The translations under genes and the position numbers were made by a program. The notes beneath the pieces are model-generated. The model was not told where the DNA came from and did not search any database. It worked only from the letters and a program-made list of their open reading frames with translations. From Octopus bimaculoides (Eukaryota), in assembly GCF_001194135.2 (NCBI RefSeq), contig NC_068982.1, positions 39,874,717 through 39,938,716 of the forward strand: a DNA stretch of 64,000 nucleotides, read 5' to 3'. Shown here one piece after another: positions 51,361 to 64,000 of the stretch (positions are counted from its first letter, which is position 1; each line of letters opens with the position of its first letter).

Positions 51361-53256
51361 GCATCATTATGAGTCATGGTTAGAAGTAATTACGCTACGC
51401 TTCGCGCCAAACGTGGCCACACATGGTCTACACGCAGGTATAAACGCTAGTTATTTAGCTCAATGTATTGTAACATAAATTAACTATTGTACTTATTCTC
51501 GGTCATCGTTTCAAAGATTATCAAAGAGAAATAGAATGTGCATTGGTCAAAAAGGTTTTAAAAGATATTGCGTAAAATGAGAAAAACAAATATGGTAACA
51601 GATAATATTTATTCATAATGAGTTAAACTCTAATATATATATTTCATTGGTTTATGTAACCGTGTGACAGAAATTCTCACGGTCTCACTTTTATATAATT
51701 ACGGATACGATCATTAATAAAGAAGCTGATATTGAATAGCTGATTTAAGTTTTCCTAACTTCAGTTTGTGTGTATTAGTAATTTGTTTCATAAGACTTGA
51801 GGAGTGTTTAATCAATAAGTGTTCTATTTGCTTGGTCTGCTTCTTTAGGCATAAATAATGATTTTGCCAAGGTTGATTAATTAAAGGCTATCATGCTGGA
51901 AATTGAAATGACTGCTTGAGAGACAAAGAATATATATCTTATGACTGGTGATGTAGGTCGTGAATGAAGATAACTTTCATTATTTGACTCAGGAATAAAC
52001 AGGAAAGAAATGATGGAAACACCAAGATTTCTGTGCCGACACATATATGGAAAAATGCGAGATAGCACACTAAGTTACACACACACACACACACAAAATC
52101 GCGCGCGTACATTCACTCACACACTTACCCCCACACGCATATACACACGTAAATGAAAATATCGCATGGAAATCAACGTTATACGACCATATGAATAAAC
52201 AGATGTATAACTCATGCAAAATTACGCTGTACGGTGCTCATAAACAGAGGGCGTTGTTGTGATCATAGAGAGCAGAAGCAACTGTTTTAAAGATGGTGGG
52301 GTGAGATATGAGGAATTTTCGTCTACTTTTTCTTACAGGTCAAGCGACCACGAAGAGACGCCTCCGTCGATTAGCGAAACACAAAATGAAAGAGATAAAT
52401 ATAAAACACTATTAACATTAAATAAATCAGAAGGAAATGAAGTTGTAAAAGAATTCGAGTAGGCGGACGTAACATTAACAATTGCAGAGATTAAATGCAA
52501 CGATGTAGTGACCGAAGTAGAGAGATAGTCGAAGAGATGTTAAACAAATGAGATTGAGAAATAAAGAAAGGGTGAGTAAAATAGAGACTGCCAAGCACTT
52601 CATCAGAGATGAAATGCTGATTGATGTTATAGGATAAATTATGAATTGTAAGAGCGATGTAAAATTGTTATAACAGTCAAAAATAAAGGGTGGGGAAGAT
52701 GTGGGAGAAGAGGAAAGAGATGAGAAAAATGTTAGTAGAAGAAGGAGAGCAATGATAAATGCGAGACGAGGGGATATAAACAGAAAAGAAGATGGTGAGG
52801 AGGTAATGACGAAGGAATGTCACTTTGAATGGATTAAAATCAAAGTAATTTGTAATGAGCAATGTTCATTCTCTGTCCCTGCATTCTGCTAATCCGCTGT
52901 TATGGAGGCCACGACAAACGGAACATCCATCTGTTGCATCACAGTAAAGCTGCCTAAGAGGCAAGCTTAGACATCGAATGGTAGTCGCCTCGGGATACAC
53001 CTGCCTCTCATGGGACTGCTCCATTGCTACTGTCAAATGGAAATGTGGATAATAATTGGTTTACAAGTCGGTTATCCGCTCTGTGACAGGTATTGTTTTT
53101 AATCCTGCCGAGTGTCCGCAATAAGTAACAGAAGCAATGTAATCGACCATGAATCGATAATGCGAGATCTAGTACCGGGTCATAGTACTGCCAGAAGCAG
53201 AGCAAAGAATATACACCAGAACGAATGTAGATGTATATGTGAACATACGTGTGTGG

Positions 53257-53303
<47 letters not shown>

Positions 53304-53586
53304 TTTGTTTGTGTGTGTGTGTGTTTGTGTGTGTGTTCGTGTCGGTCTCTGCTTGAAGATTATAAAAAATGTATTTATATATATATATATATAAATTCTA
53401 CGAAATAGATGTTAATCGCTTTGGTCTAAATATATTATGTGTCGCTTTGAGTTTTTAATGTGCAAAAACATTTATATATATACCTAAACATATAAACATA
53501 CAGATACAGACACACACACACGTGTGTTTGTTTGCATGCATACACATATATATAACTACTTGTGTCTAATATGTTTCATAAATAAT

Positions 53587-53810
53587 GTGGAAGCGCATGA
53601 CTTAGTGATTAGGGCGTTGAACTCGTGATCATAAGATTGTGGTTTCGATTCCTGTACCGGGCGACGCGAAATATTCTTGAACGAAATACTTTATTTCACG
53701 TTGCTCCAGTCTACTCAGCTGGTACAAATAAGTAATCAAGGTGGGGAATGTATATGCCGTGGAAATCGAGAAACCGGCCCTTCTGAGTCAGCATTACTCT
53801 AGAAGGTAAC
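53587..53810 (+). mobile_element. tRNA-derived SINE: family C head and core, different 3' module
   Basis: tgacttagtgattagg (A box), ggtttcgattcc (B box), cttgaacgaaatacttt...ttgctccagtctactcagctgg core, then an unrelated tail. Confidence 0.75.
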
Positions 53811-55899
53811 GTTTTTATTTTTGCTTCATAAATAACATTAAATATAGCTCACTAGAAATTATGTGCTTAACTGAAAATATGATTAATAAGTGTAATTCGA
53901 TATTCACTCTAGAAATCGTCAGAAAGAGCAAAGAATAGAGAAAGGATTGTTGTATGAGTGTAAGTCTGTGTGTAAGTTCGTGAGAGATAGAATTAAGTTT
54001 AGGGGAGGTTAATTAAAGAATTGGTCTGTTAATTGGCTAGAATGTAATCTATGAATTACTATAAATTATTTAGTATTGTTAAGAAGCAGGGGAGATGAGA
54101 TGATAGCATTCTTAATCATTAAAGGAGGCCTTAGATTGTTTGACCTCTGAGTGGAGGGAGTAGAAACGCATTAATATTTGGAATAAAAAATATAGAGAGA
54201 TCTGACAAGGTCATTGAATCAAACCGAAAACATGAGAAGAAAGAAAAGAATGGCGAAAGAAGAGAGAAGACATGAAATGTGGGTGAAGTAAAGAATATAG
54301 AAATGCGATAAAGATATGAGTGGAATTAGTGGAAGATAAATTAATGGGGAAAAAAAACAATTCTAAAGTCATTTGTATAAAAGTAATTTTTCATTCATTT
54401 ACATTTTATTTACATTTTATTTCCACTTATTTTTATTTAATTATTTTGTTTAATTACTTCCACTTATTTGTTTTACCTACTTACAAAGAGAAAAGGGGTA
54501 GAGTGAAGAGAAATAATGATGAATAAAAGAGTGGTGAGAAAAAATTGAGGGAGATGAGGTGAAATAGGATGAACTAGAGAGGATGAAAAAGGAGAGAGAA
54601 AGGTGTAGAAACGTAGAAAGAGAGACAGACAGACAGATAGACGGACGGACGGAGACAGACAGAGCGAGACAGACAGACAGAGACAGAGAGACGGAGAATA
54701 CGGGAGAGAGGAACGATGTTAGAAAAAGAGAACAGGATAAGGAGAAATAGGGAAACAGATAGATGGAGATTTCGTAGAGAATTGAAAAAAGCAAAATATA
54801 TGCTACACCAATAAATTTTAACATTAGCAGAAGAATTTTTTGGATAAACAGAATTTATAAAAGAAGACGGAATGAGATCACAATTTAATTATATGAATAC
54901 CTCAGATTTGTCACACATACAAGTTTAATCACGTACGATCTTATGTATACCAACGCAATATTATTATAAAATAGAAAAAAAAAATAGAATTCAATATTTC
55001 TAAATAAGCACTCACAAATCTACATAAACGTGCGGGAATACAGATACCACCCACGCATTCACATACAGGAACAAACACACTCACACGCACTCATGTAATT
55101 TTGCACGTAAGGCAAGAGTAGTTTAAATATTTTGAAAGAGCCCTACATACAAATATACATATAAAACTGTTCTATACCAAAATGTACAGAAGCGAGCAAT
55201 TACTGTAAAAAAGGTAAGGAGCTGGAAATATAAAAGAGACAAATATAAACGAAGCAGACGAAATGAAGAGATGGACAGTTTGAACAATATTTGTGGGGGT
55301 TTAGTAGAATTTAGCGGAATGTAAAGGCCAACAAAAATATTTATAGACGTAAACTCTAATACAAAGTACCATAACAAAAGGTGCAATTGAGTAAAATGAG
55401 AAGGCGGTAGCACTATAGTCTAAAAGAAAACTAATTTGAAGTCGTAATTTTCACATTTGATTTAATTATAAAGGTATCGACTCTTTCTGTTGGTATTATT
55501 TTATTAGCACTGCCAATGATAATATATCCTGAGGAAGGAAGCACCTGTGATATACAGAGAGACAAAAGTAAATCAGGGAAGTAATCATTCAAATCAAAGT
55601 AACAGTGAAAACTAATCAATGTAATATAAAGCAACTCAGTGAGAGTCAATGGCGTTTCATTACCGTCTAGTTTGGCGACATTCAAAGTAATATGAAGGGA
55701 GAAAATGAGAGAAAGAAAAACATTGTCAACTTTAAAACATAACAAATGGAGCTAATAAGCAAATCCTCTTTGCAGTCGTTTGTCGTACTAGAAATAGCTG
55801 CCAAACTTACCCAAGATACGCTCCATATCGTTCTAAAAGAAGCAGCTACACATATACGAATATAAAACAAGATATACTAAAATTTAAAATGGATTTAGG

Positions 55900-57600
55900 C
55901 AGAATATCTTAGAAGATTAACTGTGGTTTACTTAAAACAAAGCACTTCTTATTTCATATCAAGAGAAAAAATGCCATCTCTACTCTTAAGCATCACACGG
56001 CCAACATATCCAAATTCAAACTCTTTAAAAGAATCATACTTTAAAATACTTCATAATCCTCAATGATAATTTTTAAGTATCTAGCTTGTCCAAGACTCCC
56101 TCACAAGGACAATGTTTCCTTATTAGATAAGAGCAGAGGGATACTTCTGATCAGTTGCTTTCTTGATTTATGACCAATATAGTATTGCATAGCTGCACCC
56201 AAACATGCTTATCAATTTGACTGGAAAATATTCTCTCAGCAACGCAAGACAACCATCAGCAGATAAACATATCATTTCTTTTAAGCTCAGACTTTCAAAC
56301 ACTGCTGCAGCAGTTGTTACTCGTCTGAAATATGTCTAACACCTGCACAAACCACTACCTTTGTAGACACAGTTCTGTTTTTTTATTATTTTCTCAGCCC
56401 TATTAACTCAACAATAAAAAATGTTTAGTCTGACTTTCTCTCTATCTTTAAATTCTTCTGAAATTTCTCTCACTAGAGATATATTTCTGACATGAATATC
56501 TACTTTTAGAAGTTTCTGCTAATTATTCAGATCATCATAACAGGTAGGTTCCGCAACAGTTTGAGTATAAATTCTGCTTTCTTTTGTGCTGCTCTTGCTG
56601 TTTGTTGTTTATCTCCAGATCAACCAGGATAGACCAATCATCAACGGCTCGGAGTTGTCTTCGAGAGAAACTTGGCAGCCATTTTTAGCATGCTGAAGTG
56701 AAATTTAGAGGCTTCTTCATGATTATTCATGCTTACATTCATTCGCGCAACACTAAAAAGAAAAAGAAAAAGAAAAAGAAACAAATGTGAGTATGCATTG
56801 GAAAATATAGCCTCTGGGTAAATTATGCTGAAAACCCAAACTGGAATGCTCATATATCTGCTCAGTCAGGAATTCAGGATTAATCTGCGCCAAACAAAAA
56901 TACCTGCTTCTCATGGTGTCTGACATTCTTCCATTAAAATGAATAACCAAGTTAATTTCGATGAAGATAGTTGTAAACGTTCGTAGAAGCCCTCTAATCA
57001 ATCTTCAATCTGTTACTGATGGCTAATTTTATAATTTAAGAACTCCTTCATTGTTTCATGAGAATGAAGAAGTTCTTTACTAAATGCAATCCAGCTATTG
57101 TCTTGCATTTCTCAATAAATGTCAAAATATTAGTATTTGTTTCTGTGAAACAAATGTTATCAATCTTTTCATTATTTCAATGATTCTTCAGACTTCTACT
57201 ACTGTATAGGAAAAAATGTTTTCTTAATTACGAACTGCAGTTGAAAATATGCTCTTTTGGATTGAGATTCTTGTAAATTTACACCTATTTGATTTCTAAT
57301 ACTCTCAAGACTCTTTAGCCAGTGGAGCTATTGTACAGGTAATCGTTATTTACATTAGTACACTGTTTTCCAAAAGGAGTAAAATTTTATTTCTATGTTA
57401 CATTTCCAACGCTTTCGCTTCATTGTTTTGCCATACACAATTCACATGTACATATAACAGTATTTACTCATCACTCATCCACTTTAGATACTGACCAACC
57501 AAAGCAATATATTACTGGTACTTCTTTTACTGTAGTCGGAAGTGATGAAACACAATAAATCACCGAATGAATTTGGACGTAAACGTTTAGAATTTTTCAA
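55900..57600 (-). mobile_element. Possible very old hAT-like transposase remnant
   Basis: Scattered FSVARM (cf. FSCART), ICLSADG...ISMFGC (cf. SADN...IGIGCxAH) and IMKYF...LKEF in plausible order; no TIRs found. Confidence 0.25.
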
Positions 57601-58489
57601 ACAGAGTCAAAGAAAATCATTTCAAATTTATCAGTTACAAAATGTTTTAGTAACACACATTTTTAGAGGTAAATTGTATATATGTAGCGTTTGTGGTATG
57701 TCGATTTGTTAGAGATTGAAGTTTAATTTTGACCAATCATATGAATTTTGGAAACTAGAGGAACCGCATATTTCAATATTTTGAAACTGACAGCATACTA
57801 AAACCAATCTCCAAAGACAAAACACATTAAACGACTGATTATGCGAGTTGAAAAATGATTCCCCTGCGCTCAGTAGGAAAAAGTAAACTTTATTCTGATT
57901 TAGAAATTTCAAATCAATTAGCTGATGTAAAATTTACTACTGTTTTCTTTTTATTTCAATCACGAAATTACCATTAAATGTATATCAATGGAAAGGTATA
58001 TTTGCAACACCGCACATTTCTTTTTCGCGTTTAATGAGGAGAGAAAAAGAAGTGACAGTGAAATATTTGCCGGGCCTCCGAGAGAGGTTAGAGAGAGGGA
58101 GAGAAATTTGGGTATACTCAGCCCAAATACGTGATTCAAACACAAGCAGCAAAATAGAGTCCACTAAAGACACTTCAACAGCCAGGACGTGGTGCTAAAA
58201 CTGGCGATGCGTTAGATATTATATTAGACACGATCTTTTAACAATAGGAACTTCTCAAATGCGCATTTTAAAGATCTTGATGATGGAAATTATTTTAAAA
58301 CGCAGAAAACGGAAAACTTATTATATTGTCACCAAGTAGGACAGGTTATTAAGCTGTCGCAAAAATCTGTAAACAGTTCCAGATATCGTATTTTGCGTAT
58401 TTCACTAGATAACATGAATAATCATTGTTTGTTTTATACCTCATCATTATTACAATTGTTCTATATATTAGAGTTGAGGAATTCTGAAC

Positions 58490-58603
58490 ATTATTTACAT
58501 TATTTACATTGGACGGATATGTGTACTCATATTCGTTTGTTTGTTGTTACCAACAAACAAGATGAAGACACGTATTCGTCCAAAGTAAATAATGTAAATA
58601 ATT
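58490..58603. repeat. Palindrome made of two head-to-head 3' halves of the 36.5-kb pseudo-LTR
   Basis: attatttacattatttacattggacggatatgtg...gtttgttgtt | accaacaaacaagatgaagacacgtattcgtccaaagtaaataatgtaaataat. Confidence 0.8.
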
Positions 58604-59129
58604 TTTACAATTGTTCCTGAAAGCTCGTAATTATAACATTCTTAACTTTCTTTCAATCGATTTTTATTTATTTTATATGCATTCTCAGATTTTTATGCCA
58701 TCTCAAATTTTCTCATGAAAAGAAGTAAAGATGAATACTGGGACAAATAGTGTAAATCTTTAATATATTATACTATTAACCTGCCGAATCGTCACTTAAA
58801 ATTAAAATTTGCAAAAAGTGGAAGAATAATACTCGGTATCGTATTTTTCTCTATATGTTTATGAAGTGAAGCTCTTATATTTTAGAGAAGAAATTCAATT
58901 GTAGTAATTATTGTTCCTTAACCGTATTAACCGCATTATGTGATATTAAGATTGTAGATTGAAATGTTTTTGTCACTAGCACAAGGCCACTCAATACAGC
59001 TGACGTTTATATTTGGATAATTTAAACCCTGGGCATGATTTTTTTTATTGATTGGTCGTAGAAGGAAAGGCAGAGAACGTGGCTCCCTTCAATACCTCTG
59101 GAACTAATGGGGGAAAAGTAGGAGGTTTT

Positions 59130-59345
59130 CAAGGCGGCGAACTGGCAGAAACGTTAGCACGCATGGCGAAATACTTACCGATATTTCGTCTGTCTACATT
59201 CTCAGTTCAAATTCTGCTGAGGTCGACTTTGCCCGTCATTCTTTCGGGTTCGATAAATTAAGGACCAGTTGCGTACTGGGACCGATCTAATCGACTGTCC
59301 CCCTTCCCAAATATTTCGGACCTTGTGCCTAGAGTAGAAAAAAAG
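59130..59345 (+). mobile_element. SINE family B, near full length
   Basis: aaggcggcgaactggcagaaacgttagcacg...gttcaaattctgctgaggtcgac...ccttgtgcctagagtagaaa. Confidence 0.85.
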
Positions 59346-61064
59346 TAGGGGATTGTCTCTGGACTAGCTTGATTAGTTGCAACAAAAAAAAAAACATTGC
59401 AAGAGGAACCCAAGGAGCAGATGCTGAGGTCACATAGGGAGACCTATTAAATCTACCGACTAAGATCAGGAATACTTCCACTGCCAGGCTCCCATGCATT
59501 TTCTATCAACCAAACTTTAATCAAGACGTTTTTGAAAGTAATAGTAAATCACATGTCTAATGAGCCGAGCAGCAGATGAATTGAACTGAAAACCAACGAA
59601 TTACGATGAGAACTTCATAACTACACAACCTTTTTTATAATTGTTTGTTTATTGTGAAGTAAGGAAAGAAAGAATCTATTCTAATGTGATTTGAACAGTA
59701 AACCGAACTAGAAAAACATAACGAAATACTGAAAAGCGTTTTGTATCTCATCTGTAATGTTTCTGTCACTCCATTGGAATTTAGAGTCCAACAGTATTGA
59801 ATAAGGAAATAACTATAAAAAAAAAAGGAAATAAAGCTCTAATCTAAATGTATTACTTAGTACTATTTTGTCGTGGTTGATACCCCTTCTGGTTGACATT
59901 GGTTTTTACTTCGCCAGAATTCATAAAGCAAATACCAATATTCTAAGCTTCAAACTATTGGCTATGCTCATTCTCTCTGTGTTCTAAACCAACGAAAATC
60001 AATAGTGAATGCTATATGCACCGGTGGCTTGCCTATATCACCTGAACCTGTTATTAAAAAGATAGTGTATTAACTTCCACACTTTGCACGCCTTTAGTGA
60101 AAACCCCATCGGACATAGCATTACTTTCTATCGGAAGTCGATAAATTGAGTAACAGTCATGTTATGGGTTCATTTCACTTGACTAAATATTTATCATATA
60201 AATTTAATTTAGTGTCTGGGACAAAAACTTGTTATAAAAGTATTTTATACATGCTGATAGAGTTTCACATGATATGTCTTGAAGCTAAATTTTAAAATTC
60301 CTACTGTAAAATATTTGCTATTACATCAGAAATATCTTTTATCTTTTATGTTTTACTTCTTTCAGTCATTAGACTACGATCATACTGGGAATACCGCTCT
60401 TTTGAACGAAACCCACGTGGTTTTGCATCAGTGTATTCCTTTTAGCAAATTTACAGAAAAAAACAAGTCTTTCATAATGGCACAACTATCATGTTTGTCA
60501 TGAATGTCATAAATCTCAGTATTAATTTAATCTGAGGACTTGTCATTATGTAACATTTTACATTTAATTTATTTTTCTTTATCTTTCTTTACTTATTCTT
60601 TCTAATTTCTTTCTGTCGTTCTAACTTTCTCTTTCTCACTTTAAATTATTTTTGCATATTCCCTTAGTTACGTATATGTTTTCTCTTGTCATGAATTGAA
60701 TATAGGCCTTACACATAAGAAGTGATTTAATAGTAAAATTTGAATGACACGTAGCCTCTCTGATAATTGAAAAGCAGTACTGAAAAATTCTCCTGGATGA
60801 ATCTGGTGGTCAAAGATTAACATTTATAAATTTCGATTTTTTTTCCCTTATGAAATATTTAAAATATCAAACTATCTGTGGCTATGTGACAGCTGCCAAT
60901 TCATTTCAGCATTGTCTAGTGCTGTCCTAGAGGATGTGCTTCAGAGTGTGATTTTATGTTTGATTAAATCGTAGGGCATAATCATTTTCCCAAGGAATAT
61001 TCTGTTATATTTAGTGTGTACACAATATGTGTGTGTCAATTTTCGCACTTTCTCTGTCTCTGTC

Positions 61065-61190
<126 letters not shown>

Positions 61191-63111
61191 ACATACATGC
61201 ATGTGAGTGTGTGTATGTATCGTGTACTGTTTGTGGGATTAATAAAAACGTACTCCATTTAGCGAGACATGTAATTTAATAGTAGAATAGTCGAACGAAC
61301 TTGATCAGCGTGGTGTGTAATATCATACAATGTTTTTGGCTCAAAATACAGCATGGCTGCTCTCTGAGAAAGGACGTTACAGTCGTCGTATCCATGTTCT
61401 TCGTTACAATGGAAATAAACAATGGTTGGTGTGAATAATTCAACGGGGAAACTTTACAGTTTGTGAATCTCTGTCCCCAGTCCGGCTGGATTTTCTCTCA
61501 GTCCGACAACAGAAACTTATCGAGTTGCTTGCATTTGTGAAAAGTTCGGCACTAGAAGTTATAGAACTCTTGGAGTTCTTAGACTTATAATGGATATCAT
61601 TTATTTCGTTTGTTCAAATCCTGCTCATCCTTAACACATTAACGAAACAACACTTGACGGAGTCTGGGATATTTTCGACCTTCTGATCCCAGATACGTCT
61701 AGCTAATTTTGCTGTTTTCTTCTTGCCTACGTGTCGAAAAAAACACTGGTGGCTGGCATATCTTCTTTAATGTTGCTTTGAGATAGACAATTATACTTTT
61801 TTATTTAGAGTTTCGTTATTTTGTGGTGTTGAGGTGACCTCAGCTTCGTAAACCACTGAGCTAACTATACATGCCCGGTCAAATAGAAAGTGTTTAGGTG
61901 TCTACAGCTATATTTTGGAGGAGGCATCTTTTGTGACTTACGTGTAATAATGTTGGGGTGGCAGCTGTAAGAAGCTTTTACATATGGCTACCCGGGAAAT
62001 GAATATCAATCGATGCAAACAACTTTCTATCGGCGTTTGTATTAACAAACAAAGACAGAAGCAAACTCGTATACTCGTGGTGCATTATTTTTAGGTTTCG
62101 TCTTATTCATAGTAGGCTATAAATTATTTTGTTTCGAAGTCACTATCTGTCGGGGCATTATTATAGTTTGAAGTGGGTGCTTTATCGAATAATTTAGATA
62201 ATACTAATATTAGATATAAGCTTTTTGAAGACTAAAGTATGACAAGACTATCTATGTATACGTACCTCTCACCAGAAGGCCAGAAGGTGAGAAGTCTGTT
62301 TATGAAGCCTCATGAAAATTTGAGGAAATATGTGTGTGTTTGTGTATGTGTGTGCGTGATTGTGTGCGCGCGCGCGTTTGTACACATAAAAACGCTTGTG
62401 TTTGCTTGTATGTATGGCACACATTTATAATCCAAAACGTTGGCTAGCCTTCATAAATTAGTATGATTTTTTTGTAATCAGAGTCTCACACGTATTTAGT
62501 CTACAGCTGTTATCACAACATTCTCTCTGTAATAAATTACCGTGTATATCACTCGAAGGTTCTTTGACTGGTTTGAATGATATTTACCTGCTATTTTATT
62601 GTAGGTTGGATGACCATATATAGACGCCTTTTAGCTCAATGTTGTATGTTGGATTTTGATGAAATAGAGATTATTTGATGTTAGCTGGAGGCAAAAATAC
62701 GGATGTATTTATTAATATGAATCAAGCAAGTTGTGATGTAAGAGAGAGAAATATAATATTATAATCTGCTCCGCTGTTATTGTCAATCGTCAATAGATTC
62801 AGTCTTTTATTTGTTTCATTTTTGTTTTCCAAATGTGATGTATATTGAATATGATATTGAAAATGTAAAACATGTAGGCGGATACGTGCTTCTTTCGATA
62901 CACAACCGCTCGAATTTTGATTATATTTTTTTCATAAAGTAAATATTGGAAATGTTATGAATATAATGTATTTTAAGGATGAGATTAACTAACATTAGCA
63001 TGATTAGTCTTGAGTAAGTTCTTCAAGAGAAATGGAAAGTGTGAACAGGCGAAAAGATGACGCAAAATCATAGTATATAACATGATATAATGTAATACTA
63101 TATGATAGATG

Positions 63112-63112
<1 letters not shown>

Positions 63113-63182
<70 letters not shown>
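63113..63182. repeat. (GATA)n microsatellite
   Basis: Seen directly. Confidence 0.95.
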
Positions 63183-63183
<1 letters not shown>

Positions 63184-63342
63184 TGAAAGTTACTTTGATA
63201 TAAATTTGACTAATATTGTTTCAGGTAAATTAATTGAGAGAGATTTTTTCGAATTCTACATATTTTAATTATATTTCAAATACAAATCAAATGTAAATGT
63301 TAGATAATACATGAAACATTAATTCAATAACATATGTATGTG

Positions 63343-63399
<57 letters not shown>

Positions 63400-63722
63400 A
63401 CACACACGGCTCTTGTTCCTTGACAAACGTTCTGACATGCAACCCATGTAATGGTTGTCCTCCAACAACCCTAGTCCCTATGAAATAGATACGAGTGTAG
63501 ATCACCTGAAAAAGTTACACATCAATAATTACTGAGAAAATTTAGTTTCACCAAAATATTAATATCTTTGTAATTAAATGAAGAAGCGGTAACTAATATT
63601 GGCCCTAAGCGTACTAACACTCATTTTTACCTCATCGCGGGCTTATATGCTCATGTATTATGAGTCTATTTTTCTTTAGCCTATATACGGTGGACGGTTA
63701 TTAGCTTTAAGCCTATAATTCC

Positions 63723-63775
<53 letters not shown>

Positions 63776-63780
<5 letters not shown>

Positions 63781-64000
63781 ATAGAAAGGATTGAGGTAAC
63801 TCCTCCTGAAGATATAGAGTCAAAATTAAAAGAAGAGTGCCATTTGTTATCTAGTGAACGATATTTCGACATCTCGTGTGTCTTCAACTGGTTCAAAAAA
63901 TAAATTTGTCAATCTACTTCATGTTGGTTAATATAGAAAGGATTGAGGTAACTCCTCCTGAAGATATAGAGTCAAAATTAAAAGAAGAGTGCCATTTGTT
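63776..64000. repeat. 152-bp-period direct repeat following (ATT)n
   Basis: 63776-63848 is identical to 63928-64000 (window end). Confidence 0.9.

Noticed and set aside
55811-55845. 35-nt minus-strand micro-exon candidate with a perfect gtaagt donor (LLLLERYGAYLG or MERIL)
   Set aside because: Isolated consensus expected by chance in 64 kb; no joinable exons giving a known protein.

Overview
AT-rich, microsatellite-dense eukaryotic non-coding DNA with nine N-gaps. The repeat families resemble those of octopus/cephalopod genomes (inference from recalled SINE sequences). No host protein-coding gene could be recognised; almost all ORF-track entries are microsatellite or N-gap artefacts. Recognisable content is decayed mobile DNA: R4/Dong-like (RLE) LINE pieces, an RTE LINE, Penelope-like element (PLE) GIY-YIG remnants, a defective Helitron, Tc1/mariner pieces, a piggyBac-type MITE and several tRNA-derived SINE families. 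The main unexpected signal is about ten type-I minimal hammerhead ribozyme motifs from about seven sequence-unrelated families, most with a palindromic helix III. They sit in a 471-bp tandem repeat (retrozyme-like) or in inverted-repeat PLE termini. The window also holds several large fold-back palindromes. All structures were read by eye and coordinates of decayed elements are approximate.
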